From a virus (lineage: Duplodnaviria > Caudoviricetes): DNA of 64,000 nucleotides. The translations under genes were made by a program, and so were the position numbers. The stretch lies in IMG/VR virus record IMGVR_UViG_3300048691_000224, one strand, 5' to 3'. A model generated the notes under the pieces. The model worked only from the letters and a program-made list of their open reading frames with translations. It was not told the origin of the DNA and ran no database searches. Numbering within the stretch: the first letter of the stretch is position 1; each line of letters opens with the position of its first letter. Shown here in pieces: positions 37,293-46,834 of this stretch.

Positions 37293-37733
37293 ATGATAAA
37301 AGCGCCCCTTGATTGGAAGTATAGTGTAATTGAACGCCAACAGGTGGGTCTGGTGCTGACTGGTGAACAGGTTAAACAGTTTGCAGCGAACAAAGTGTCG
37401 ATAGTCGGCGCCCGAGTGGTATTTCAATCAAGTGGTTCAGGGGCGGTCACGGGGTTCTCATTCCATGGAGTGGAGACTCAAGAATCAATCAAGATCCTCG
37501 CCCACAAAAAACAACTTGTGTCGTGGCAATCGAAAGGCGTTAAAAACGGCATGACGTGGATGGTAGCGGAAGTTGAGCAAATCAACGGCAAATTCAAAGC
37601 AATCATCGCATTATGTAGGGGCAAAAAACTTCAAGATGTTCGTGCTGATAGTAAGGCCAAAACCGTCGATAAGATGATTGCCAACACTATGAAGACCAAA
37701 GTAAAATCACCAAGCTCTTACAGCACTAAATAG
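37293..37733 (+). CDS. smpB: Divergent SsrA-binding protein (SmpB-like)
   Basis: [29 protein letters not shown] aligns with SmpB [38 protein letters not shown] with [25 protein letters not shown] with KVKIGVAKGKKQHDKR. Confidence 0.8.
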   Translation: [146 protein letters not shown]

Positions 37734-37760
37734 TGCTCTTCTAAGTTATTCCTATATAAA

Positions 37761-38414
37761 ATGTCCCACACAACTACTGGATTAGGTCCAGCAATCATCT
37801 ATGTCCACGGCGCTTTCGCCTCACGTCAGTCCATGCCGCTCAATTACTACAAAGTAAATTTGAAGCACTACGACGGGTTTGATTTCACCTACGATTGGAA
37901 CACACCAACTGATCAAGTTGGTGTCGCCCTGTCTGAATTTATCAACACGCAGATTCCTAACGCAGAGGTATTCATCATTGGACACTCTCTTGGTGGCAAT
38001 GTAGCACTACACTCTGCATTGCACATTGCACAACATGACATACGAAACAGTGCAGGGCATAGAAAAATTAAGCACATATTTACTGTCGGCAGTCCGCTAG
38101 GCGGAAGTAAAGCAGCACTGCTATTGAAGTATGGTTATAACGCCCCAGAGGTATTTTCTCACATCACACCCAACAATCCCAATATCACAGCCCTGCGGCG
38201 GTGGAGTGGGGTACCAGTGACAAGCTTTGTCACTACAAAAGGGGTCCATTCAAAATGGATGCAGCAGAATGATGGTGTAGTAACGGTAGCTTCTCAAAAA
38301 GCAGTTGGTTACCCAACCTATATTGAGGTTGATTGCGGCCACATGGAAGTGTTATTATCCGATGCTGTAGTGAATACCATATCATCAACAATCCAAGGCT
38401 ACAATGAAACTTGA
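37761..38414 (+). CDS. Alpha/beta hydrolase (lipase/esterase-like)
   Basis: YVHG, GHSLGG nucleophile elbow, GSPLGGS, NDGVV, H; late TAAATA at 37727. Confidence 0.9.
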   Translation: MSHTTTGLGPAIIYVHGAFASRQSMPLNYYKVNLKHYDGFDFTYDWNTPTDQVGVALSEFINTQIPNAEVFIIGHSLGGNVALHSALHIAQHDIRNSAGHRKIKHIFTVGSPLGGSKAALLLKYGYNAPEVFSHITPNNPNITALRRWSGVPVTSFVTTKGVHSKWMQQNDGVVTVASQKAVGYPTYIEVDCGHMEVLLSDAVVNTISSTIQGYNET

Positions 38415-39123
38415 TCCAAATTCAGTCGACTCGATCCGCACAATTGCTGGATTCACCAAAGTATTCGACATTGAAACACTATTACTGTCTACGGACCACA
38501 CGGTTGCTGTCGATGCGGCTCCTACGCTTGTGATATTCTTCGATCTCAAAACTACGTATACTGGCCCATCACTCGGCCTCGTTCGCTTGAAGGTGTTGGA
38601 ACAAAGGTTGTCCCAACCAGCATCATCAGTTGAGATCATTGAAAACTCTCAGGGTAAACCAACGTCCATCAAGTTGAAGAGCGGCCGCAGCGCCCTTGAT
38701 TTCAAGTTAGCTAATGAGAAGCTGACAACACGGCTGCCGAAAGCCTTTGCGGGCAAGTTTGCTCACACACTTGCTGTGAGTAATCATGACCTCGTTGAAC
38801 TAGTGAAGGGTGCACGGTTAATCGACTCGAAGGTAATGATGTTCAAAAGCACCGGTGGTGAGATTGAGGTATCTGGATCTAGCGAATCAGAATCATTTAC
38901 GATTACACTGGATCCGACCGTCACAAAACCATCTACAGACTTCGTGTATACATATTCAACTGCTCACTTAGCTGGGTTGTCAAAATTACAACAATCGCTA
39001 CCGGGATTTACTCTCACTGACGTGTTCATGGTACAGTTGACTGCTAATGGTCAGTTGGCAACAACAGTAAAAACAGATAACATAGCAGCGCAAATATTTT
39101 TAATGGATATAAAAAACAGATGA
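38404..39123 (+). CDS. Putative sliding clamp / processivity factor-like protein
   Basis: Size and two-domain alternating beta pattern; position beside the RNase H-like gene. Motif support is weak. Confidence 0.5.
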   Translation: MKLDPNSVDSIRTIAGFTKVFDIETLLLSTDHTVAVDAAPTLVIFFDLKTTYTGPSLGLVRLKVLEQRLSQPASSVEIIENSQGKPTSIKLKSGRSALDFKLANEKLTTRLPKAFAGKFAHTLAVSNHDLVELVKGARLIDSKVMMFKSTGGEIEVSGSSESESFTITLDPTVTKPSTDFVYTYSTAHLAGLSKLQQSLPGFTLTDVFMVQLTANGQLATTVKTDNIAAQIFLMDIKNR

Positions 39124-39560
39124 TTTCAAGTATTACTAAATGGTTCGGAACTGCAAAAGTTGTCGAAATGCAAGGTGGGTTGTTGAAGAAGCAACAAGAG
39201 TTGCTATCTGCACAATCCATGGAGATTCATAATCTTAGAGCAGAATTTACCGCTTTGAAACACAGTGTGCCAGAGCTAATTTCTCTTAGCATTAGTGAAA
39301 CTAATGCTGTAGTCGAAACAGAGAAAGCCACCACTCGTGACAGTGCCAAGAATGGGTCAAAGCCTTGGGTGGAAATTATATCTGATGATTATGATACAGA
39401 GAAGGGGCTGGGGCTGCAGTTGGATTGGAACGATGCATTCGTCAAGGAACTGAGATCGAAGGGATTTTCAGGTGCTACTGATTATGCAATTGTGAATTCT
39501 TGGCTTGTGGCCCTCCACAAACAAATGGGAGAAGGCGCTAACGATGGTTCGGGTCTATGA
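39120..39560 (+). CDS. Conserved jumbo-phage hypothetical protein
   Basis: PWVEII...LDWNDAFVKELR..GF.G...IVNSW motif. Confidence 0.7.
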   Translation: MISSITKWFGTAKVVEMQGGLLKKQQELLSAQSMEIHNLRAEFTALKHSVPELISLSISETNAVVETEKATTRDSAKNGSKPWVEIISDDYDTEKGLGLQLDWNDAFVKELRSKGFSGATDYAIVNSWLVALHKQMGEGANDGSGL

Positions 39561-39979
39561 CTCAACCTACCACCGTGGTAGACGATGCTGACATTACCAC
39601 ACCCTTTCAGTACTTCTCTCGATATAGAACTCTCAGCGCCGAGGACCATCCTGCTTGGATGGTTGGGTTAAGGAGTGGCAATATTAATTCCATCCATGTT
39701 CACGCTCACAGTCAGAGTAGCGAAAACTCGGAACTGTATTTTCAAGTTGACTTAAATGGTGTTGATTACCCCGAGGCTCTTGAGTTGGATTCTGACCCAA
39801 TGTGTGCTCTAGGATATCTGTACATTCACTCCCCTTGGCAGCCCGTAATCGAAATGTTGACAATCGCAAATGCTCGTAACTTGAGTGAGCGAGCAACAAC
39901 TCAGATTGAGGGTCTAATAAATTATCTTCACGCCGTCGGTAAATTACACCCCAACTTCTATATTTTAAAACACACTTAA
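39557..39979 (+). CDS. Hypothetical protein
   Basis: ORF track; ATGA overlap. Confidence 0.55.
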   Translation: MTQPTTVVDDADITTPFQYFSRYRTLSAEDHPAWMVGLRSGNINSIHVHAHSQSSENSELYFQVDLNGVDYPEALELDSDPMCALGYLYIHSPWQPVIEMLTIANARNLSERATTQIEGLINYLHAVGKLHPNFYILKHT

Positions 39980-39983
39980 TACA

Positions 39984-41003
39984 ATGACACCCATCGAGCC
40001 TCAGGTTGATAATTTAATTTTTGATGTGTCAGGTATGATCTACCGGACATTCCATGCGTCTAAAAAAGCCCCAGTGTATCGCCGTAGAAACTTTCTCGAC
40101 GAAGGTACGCCCGAGCAAGATGTTGATGGTGGTATTGGAATTGCCATGCACGCCGCCCTTCAATCAATGAACAAATACACCAAACAGTTCAGGCCTCGAA
40201 GAGTGATTGCTTGTTTTGACCGACCGAACAACTGGCGCAAACTCTATATGAAGTCAAGTGCAGCAATATCGAAGTTACCATACAAGGGTCAACGCCGTCA
40301 GAATCAGACTCCAGCTCAAGCGAAAGAGTTTGCAGAGTTAATAGACCACATGGTTCAATTTGAGCAGATGTTGAGAGACGAAACGGGAATCATCACCCTA
40401 GCCGCCAACAAACTTGAAGCTGATGATTGTATTGCTGGCTTTGTACAGATGTTTCCAACTGAGCGCAACATCATTATGACCAACGACTCTGATATGACTC
40501 AACTTACCACAGAGTATACAACAGTGTGCAATTTCACATCAGGAAAACTTATTGAGTGTGAAGATCCGAACTATTTCCTGTTTGAGAAGGCCATGAGGGG
40601 CGATAAGTCCGACAATATCTTAAACATCTTACCTGGCATTCGCTCTACAAAGTTACAGAAAGCTTGGGAATCCCCATACGACATGGCTAATTTGATGAGT
40701 GAGGTAGTCGTGCACCTAGGTGGCCCTGCTACTTTATTGGACGATAACACTACTGACAGTTCCCCGACTACCGCACCTGTGCTCGTCGGCCAGTTGTTAG
40801 AAGAGAATATGCTGCTGATGGATCTGACAAAACAGCCAGAGGTAATTAAACAATTGATGGTTGATACGATTACTGCTGACCTTGCACGGACTAGAGCCTA
40901 TAATTTTTGGAAGATCTCAACATTCTGCACTAAGCACAAGTTAAATCGAATTGTAGAAGACCTCAAGAACTTCAGGCCACTATTTTCAGGAGGATACAAA
41001 TGA
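39984..41003 (+). CDS. rnh: T4 RNase H-like 5'-3' exonuclease (FEN/PIN fold)
   Basis: IFDVSG, CFD...WRK.Y...YKGQR, EADDCIA, TNDSDMTQL, GDKSDNI. Confidence 0.9.
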   Translation: MTPIEPQVDNLIFDVSGMIYRTFHASKKAPVYRRRNFLDEGTPEQDVDGGIGIAMHAALQSMNKYTKQFRPRRVIACFDRPNNWRKLYMKSSAAISKLPYKGQRRQNQTPAQAKEFAELIDHMVQFEQMLRDETGIITLAANKLEADDCIAGFVQMFPTERNIIMTNDSDMTQLTTEYTTVCNFTSGKLIECEDPNYFLFEKAMRGDKSDNILNILPGIRSTKLQKAWESPYDMANLMSEVVVHLGGPATLLDDNTTDSSPTTAPVLVGQLLEENMLLMDLTKQPEVIKQLMVDTITADLARTRAYNFWKISTFCTKHKLNRIVEDLKNFRPLFSGGYK

Positions 41004-41251
41004 TCGATGCAAAAAAACTTCAAGTGCAACTAGATCTGTCGTGGGAAAGATGTCAGAAAGACGCAGCAAATCTAAACAATTTGTATGAACACATCGCGTT
41101 GCTGACAACTGCGCTAATGGATACAATACACGCTACCAATAGGAATGGCAGATCTTCTGTACAATTTGGTGGATCTGATAACATTTCGGCAGTCGGATCA
41201 CAACTCCCAGCGCACCAATTACCCCAAGCTCCAACAATTAAATCACTATGA
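41000..41251 (+). CDS. Hypothetical protein
   Basis: ATGA overlap; coiled N-terminus. Confidence 0.5.
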   Translation: MIDAKKLQVQLDLSWERCQKDAANLNNLYEHIALLTTALMDTIHATNRNGRSSVQFGGSDNISAVGSQLPAHQLPQAPTIKSL

Positions 41252-41257
41252 ACCAAG

Positions 41258-41284
41258 AAAAAAGGTCCCGGCGGGACCTTTTTT
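41258..41284. terminator. Bidirectional intrinsic terminator
   Basis: AAAAAGGTCCC-GGC-GGGACCTTTTTT between convergent genes. Confidence 0.85.
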
Positions 41285-41288
41285 CTCA

Positions 41289-43550
41289 TTAGGGAATAGC
41301 AAATGTTTTGACAAATACGTGAGTACCACAATCATATATTTTGTGGTATCCGTTATTGTGCATATTGACCGCCTCTGTGAGGTTGGGATCGAATACCGCC
41401 AGCATTTTCGATAACTTGTGTTTTTGGAACTGGGTGCGGTTAAATCGCTTTGTGTAATTCCCACCATCCCCTTTAGTGGATTTGACGTACTGATATGCTG
41501 GTTTGCTGGAGTGCAATAGTGTGAATCCGAGAGCGTTGTACAACCCTCCTGTCGAGTAACGTCTATCGGCATATGATATTATGCTGGTGGGCTTGTACTC
41601 GGTTGAGAAGTGTGATAGTAGTTTAGCTGCACCACCGACGATTTGTGTGTTGAGTTTTGTGCAAAATCTATACATTTCATACTCATAATTTTTGTTAAAC
41701 CTCGATTTGCCAAAAGTCATTACAGCCGTTAGTTTGTTGTCGTACATCAGTCCTAATCGGACAGAACTTGAATCAGCCCCTTGAATGTGGTTGGCAGCTA
41801 AAAATTGATTACACTCAGTGGCCGTTAGTTGCACAACCTGGCACTTACGAGCATATACCCTAACTTCGAATATTCCCAACTTAGCATTGATCACTGATTT
41901 AACAATATCTGATTTATTGTCCCATTCATCTTCAAACACGTGGAGTAGCTGGACCCCCGCTGCTTCACACGCTAGTGTCTTGTTTAGGTGATACCCAGCA
42001 TCAATTTTCGTGTAGTTGTGTACACTGTGCCAAAATAATCCATTGAACTCTATAGCTACTGATTTATCTGGGATAAACACGTCTAGCTCGCGAGGCGCTA
42101 TTATTTTTCTGGTATTTTCAACAAATTTAATATGATTTGACGCCAAGTGTTCTGTAATCTGCTTTTCCTTTCTGTTTCTACCTCCAAACAATGGATAACA
42201 TGTCAGACATCTTGGGGTACTACCATCCATCAACATCGATAAGAAACCAGTACTACAATCGACACACTTGTATGGCATCGGTTCTGTTCGGTGTGTATAA
42301 TCACCGACTTCATATTCGGGAGTTATTTGATTAGAAATGTTCTCCATCCGGTTCGGCCACCACCTATCGATCCTGGTCTTCTGGGCGCGCTCAGCGATCG
42401 CCGCAACCTTTTGGATTTCCCCAAAATTTGAAACTCCATATTTGTCTGCTAAAGTAGATTTAACTTTGGCTTGGATGATGGGGCTAGAACCAGCGCGCTC
42501 GCTACCATAATTTTCCAACATGTGAGCTCGAATGTTCTCGGATATAGTGGGATCGTGTAAAGGTGTGATCGCTCCATATCTAGCTAAACAGGTTTCATTT
42601 TTACGTTGCTTGACATCTGAATTTCTCGCAGAAGTAATATCTCCATACTTCTCCATGCACGTGGCCAATCTTTTTGCTTCCACCTCGGGGTGCCGACTTC
42701 GGCACGTGGGTGAGCACCAGGGTAAGAATGTTGCCTTATTGCTACTCCACAACACTTCTGTAGCATTACATACTCCACAACACTTCGCCGGCCCCGACGG
42801 CCGAATCCTAGCATCTCTTGCCAGCTCTCGACCAGTCTGTTTAACTAACTGAGCTAATCGCTTCTTCTCCACTTCGCGCTGCTTTCGTTCGTGGGTCTTT
42901 GCTAGTTTATCCTCTTTTGTCTTTTTGTGAGTATCGTGCTGATCAGCCATGTAATCTCGCCCAGTTCGAACCCAGTAAATTCGCTCTTTTAGCTGATAAG
43001 CTTCTGGAAGGTGCTTAGTCATATCTTTGATTTTGTTATACTCAGCTCGATACTTTGGTGCAAAAGTACGCATGTCAAACTTTGAATCCAATGAAGCAAG
43101 GACCAACCTAACTTGAGATTCGCTGCACACAACGTTTTGTCGTGTACTTGCCGCACACTCTACTGAGCACGTCGTTCGCCACCTACCACCCACTGATGTC
43201 CATATTACTGGTTTATCGCAAGATGGTACTGAGCACGTCGGCGGCTTCCCATGTAGTGGAGCCTTCTGAGCAGCGATCCAGCGGGCAGAGCAAGTCATCC
43301 CACAAAATTTCCTGTAGTTTTGTGTGACGATGTCCCATTTCACACTATTAGTGCAATTTGCACATTTTGGTATGGCAAAGCAACTATTCCAAAAATGCCA
43401 CAATCGTTGTGTGGAAGAAACTCCTGGAGGCAGAAATTCAGTAGTATCTACAATGTACTCATACGCTTCTGGGTATTTCTTGGGTAAATGCGTTGTTTTC
43501 GTTGTTTTATATTCTTCTAATATATTGGTAAAATTGGGGATGTGTGTCAT
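41289..43550 (-). mobile_element. Free-standing Hef-like homing endonuclease (Cys-rich repeats + PD-(D/E)xK/Vsr-like nuclease + Mom-like GNAT domain)
   Basis: Repeated CxxC...C-S/G-xx-C knuckles; ELDVFIP...AIEFNGLFWHS...HVFEDEW; ARKC...FL..NHIQG...RFC...GGAAKLL...ISYADRR...GGLY..LGF; inserted antisense. Confidence 0.8.
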
Positions 43551-43613
43551 ACTGTTGGCGACAAAGTTGTTTGAGTGTAAGATTACCGTCTGTTAATAAG
43601 AAAGGCAATCTAA

Positions 43614-44507
43614 ATGAGTAATGTTTTTGAAGTAAGCGAGGTATTTATGTCTCTCGAAGGTGAGTCTAAGTACACATTCCACCCGACGGTATACGCCAGA
43701 TTAGCAATCTGTAATTTCAAATGTCCAAAATTTAATAATCCTGATAACCAAGTTGCTGCCAATGGTTATGCGCCTTTGACGTTCAATCCAAGTGATTATA
43801 GTAACATCAAAGATATGCCATTCATTAGCGCAGGCTGTGATTCGCAGTATTCCGTCTCGCCGGAATTCCGTCATACATGGGCTAAGATGACCGGCTCTGA
43901 AATTGCTGCTGAGTTGGTCATTAAATTACCGCACCAAAGTTGGGTGCATCCGAAAACTAATCTGCCAGTTATTTTCAGCATTACGGGTGGTGAACCAACA
44001 ATGCAGTGGAAGTGGTTGCATGAAATTTTTCGTGACCCGGCTATGTCTGGTTGCCAGCACATCTTGCTGGAGACCAACTGCGCCGTCCCATTCAAAGAAT
44101 CATTCACTCAGCAAATTGACGAATGGTTGAGTGAGGATGACTCCCGCCGTTGGACGTGGAGCAATTCTCCAAAGTTATCAATCAGTGGTGAGAGTTGGAA
44201 TAAAGCAATCAAACCACAGATCGCAATGAATCAGTTGAATGTTCGTAACATCAGCCAGGTTGACCAATATTTCAAATTTGTGGTTACCAACAAACGAGAG
44301 TCATTTGATGAAGTGATGAGAGCCATGGGTGAATACTGGGCAGCAGGTATTCCACTAGATGCTCAGATCTGGGCAATGCCAATGGCGTGCACAGGTGAGC
44401 AACAAAATGAGGTCGCTCGAGAAGTCGCTGAATTGTGCTTGGAATACGGCTTTTTATATTCTCATCGAATTCAGAATGTATTGTGGGATAATATAGTTGG
44501 CACTTAA
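43614..44507 (+). CDS. queE: QueE-like radical SAM enzyme (7-carboxy-7-deazaguanine synthase)
   Basis: EVFMSLEGE, CNFKC...(insertion)...GCDS, ITGGEP, LETN, SPK, KFVV, MP, YSHR. Confidence 0.85.
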   Translation: MSNVFEVSEVFMSLEGESKYTFHPTVYARLAICNFKCPKFNNPDNQVAANGYAPLTFNPSDYSNIKDMPFISAGCDSQYSVSPEFRHTWAKMTGSEIAAELVIKLPHQSWVHPKTNLPVIFSITGGEPTMQWKWLHEIFRDPAMSGCQHILLETNCAVPFKESFTQQIDEWLSEDDSRRWTWSNSPKLSISGESWNKAIKPQIAMNQLNVRNISQVDQYFKFVVTNKRESFDEVMRAMGEYWAAGIPLDAQIWAMPMACTGEQQNEVAREVAELCLEYGFLYSHRIQNVLWDNIVGT

Positions 44508-44586
44508 TATGCATTTTTCCCAATTTCCAGAACACTCTATTAAATACCCCAGCCAGATTTACTCAACAACTACAGTCGCCTACAAA

Positions 44587-44952
44587 ATGTCAAATAAAGA
44601 TCAGATCGAATACGAAGTGCCAATTGAGGCGGAAGAACAAGCTCAGTTGGTTGAGTTGCGAACGCGCGAACAAGCCATCGCTCGCGTCAACGCAAAACTC
44701 ATCACATTAGAGGGAATCACGTGCCCTGAAGATATTACAGAAGATCAGGAGTGCCAGCAGTGCGGTGATGATATTCCGATGCAACGAGTGAAGGCGCTGA
44801 TGACCCAAATAGAGGTGGGTGATAAATTAGTGTGGAAAGCAAGCCCTAACGCAATAATCTGCGTAGCTTGTGCGTCTCTTAACGAGAAAAAAGGTAAGCA
44901 ATATTGGCATGGTGCTAAAGATGATTCCCCGGCAAGTTCTCAATTCTCCTAA
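44587..44952 (+). CDS. DksA/TraR-family C4 zinc-finger protein
   Basis: CQQCGDDIPMQRVKAL...CVACAS; acidic coiled N-terminus; TAAATA at 44541. Confidence 0.75.
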   Translation: MSNKDQIEYEVPIEAEEQAQLVELRTREQAIARVNAKLITLEGITCPEDITEDQECQQCGDDIPMQRVKALMTQIEVGDKLVWKASPNAIICVACASLNEKKGKQYWHGAKDDSPASSQFS

Positions 44953-45328
44953 AACCCCACCCCGCTTGCAGCAACTCCGCAAGCAACTAGATGCACCACC
45001 TAAGCCACAGACAGATCGACTGAAGAAGGTTCGTAAAAAATTAGTTAAAGATGCACCAAGTGTATCTAAAGCGAACTCTAATTCTAATGTCGCAAAATTT
45101 GTGGCTGAGATTGCACTTGGGTGGAAGGATAAATTAACATTCGGCAAATATTCTGGAAAGACTTTGAAGTTTATCTTCAATCAAGATCCAATGTATCTCG
45201 CATATATTCAGTCTGTCAATACGACTATCGTCTACAGCAATGATATCATGACGAAACTAGCGCCCTTTTTAGTCGAAGAAGATTTTGATGATATGGCAGA
45301 TTTTGATGTCCCTGATCCGAATGAATAG
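44909..45328 (+). CDS. Protein with exodeoxyribonuclease-X-C/QSregVF-like FGKY domain
   Basis: LTFGKYSGKTL...DPMYLAYI; start uncertain. Confidence 0.6.
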   Translation: MVLKMIPRQVLNSPKTPPRLQQLRKQLDAPPKPQTDRLKKVRKKLVKDAPSVSKANSNSNVAKFVAEIALGWKDKLTFGKYSGKTLKFIFNQDPMYLAYIQSVNTTIVYSNDIMTKLAPFLVEEDFDDMADFDVPDPNE

Positions 45329-45360
45329 TACCGCACAACTGACAAATCAGCCATAATACA

Positions 45361-45390
45361 GATATCACCACTAATCGGTGATATCTTTTT
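45361..45390 (+). terminator. Intrinsic terminator
   Basis: GATATCACC-ACTAATC-GGTGATATC-TTTTT. Confidence 0.8.
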
Positions 45391-45421
45391 ATTTCAAACC
45401 AACCAACACTCCCTCACTAAG

Positions 45422-45772
45422 ATGAACCATAAACTGGCAGCAGTACTTTTAGCAACACTCACAATAACGAGCTCACCAGCACGTGCTATTACCAGTGAAC
45501 GGTTCACCGAGCTCGCTCGCCGAGATCCGGATGGAGCACTGGTATATACCAGCGGGATTTTAGCAGGTCTCGCTGCAATCCAATCTGTATCAGCAGTCAA
45601 GGTGTTCTGCGCCCCGAGTGAATTTCATAGTAATTCATATGCAGCCACAGTAGTTGTGGAATTACAAAACAGAAAAAGCTCACCGATTCCTGATTCAATC
45701 AAGAATCTTGAGTTCTCAGACGTATTGCTGATGCGACTTAGAGCAACATATCCATGTGGAAAGAACATTTAA
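45422..45772 (+). CDS. Secreted Rap1a/Tai-like immunity-fold protein
   Basis: Signal peptide; YTSGILAG, FCAPS, LRATYPC pattern. Confidence 0.5.
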   Translation: MNHKLAAVLLATLTITSSPARAITSERFTELARRDPDGALVYTSGILAGLAAIQSVSAVKVFCAPSEFHSNSYAATVVVELQNRKSSPIPDSIKNLEFSDVLLMRLRATYPCGKNI

Positions 45773-45777
45773 AAACC

Positions 45778-46155
45778 ATGCAACAATATACACAAACAAC
45801 ATCTGAAGTATTCTGCTCACTGAGAGTGGATGGATTACACAATTGGCCAGAGTGCCCATTTGAGGAAGTCGACTTCCTCCGCCCGCTTCACCGACACATG
45901 TTCCACATCAAAGCGTACGTGCCTGTCACTCACAGTGATAGAGATGTAGAGTTCATCGTACTAAAGCATAAGATCACCCAATTTTTGAGAGATCAGTATT
46001 GGGATGAAGTTAAGCAGACTCACGTCTTTGGTAGAATGTCATGTGAGGCAATCGCTGAACAACTCCACATCGTATTTGGGCTATCTGCGTGCGAGGTATC
46101 GGAGGACGGTGAGAATGGTAGCTTCACTCGTTGGGCAACAGTATGGGCGCAGTAA
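45778..46155 (+). CDS. queD: QueD/PTPS-like T-fold protein
   Basis: GLHNWP...HRHMFH (metal ligands)...SCEAIAEQL...EVSEDGENG. Confidence 0.75.
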   Translation: MQQYTQTTSEVFCSLRVDGLHNWPECPFEEVDFLRPLHRHMFHIKAYVPVTHSDRDVEFIVLKHKITQFLRDQYWDEVKQTHVFGRMSCEAIAEQLHIVFGLSACEVSEDGENGSFTRWATVWAQ

Positions 46156-46160
46156 ACTCC

Positions 46161-46628
46161 ATGACACAGAAAGAATTTGCAAATACAAGGCAACAACAAA
46201 CATGGAGAGCAGGTGGCATTCCATTTACAATATGCCCTGATACAGGGGAAGTGAGAATGTTGTTTATGGTTCCAGCTAACACCCACTACAATCAAGAGGT
46301 GCCTGAGCTCAAGATGCCTCAAATTGCCAAAGGTCGCATCGAACAATTTGAGTTGCCAGATACAGCTGCAATTCGAGAGTGTGCAGAAGAGCTGGGACTC
46401 GTTGCTGATAGTATCTTGTCAACAATCGACGGTGGAGTAGTACTCGGGCGCACCTACATATATGCGTTTGAAGTTGCGAGTACCGCTGCATTCACCCCAT
46501 TCAGCGCTGAGACAGAGTCAACTATTTGGTTAAATTATGATCAATTCATGGAAGTGGGGCGCGAGCTTCACAAACCAGTGGTCAATATGCTGTACGAAAA
46601 AATAATCGAAAAGGTGTTTTCTGCATGA
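46161..46628 (+). CDS. Nudix hydrolase
   Basis: MPQIAKGRIEQFELPDTAAIRECAEELG. Confidence 0.9.
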   Translation: MTQKEFANTRQQQTWRAGGIPFTICPDTGEVRMLFMVPANTHYNQEVPELKMPQIAKGRIEQFELPDTAAIRECAEELGLVADSILSTIDGGVVLGRTYIYAFEVASTAAFTPFSAETESTIWLNYDQFMEVGRELHKPVVNMLYEKIIEKVFSA

Positions 46629-46816
46629 GTTCAGAAGATTTGGTCTACCGCTTGCGCAAACGTGCTGAAATCCGGCGGCAAATTCCTAGCAGGAAAAGTG
46701 TTCAGGAAGGTCAACCAGATCGAATTGCCGACTTATTAGAGGAAGCTGCCCAGGAAATCACCGAATTGAGGGGGCGAGTCGATTTTGGCGATTTAGATGG
46801 TGACCTATTACCATAA
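46625..46816 (+). CDS. Small conserved phage protein
   Basis: LVYRLRKRAEIRRQI..RKSV.EG.PDRIADLLEEAA. Confidence 0.7.
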   Translation: MSSEDLVYRLRKRAEIRRQIPSRKSVQEGQPDRIADLLEEAAQEITELRGRVDFGDLDGDLLP

Positions 46817-46834
46817 TTGGTGTATAATTTACCC

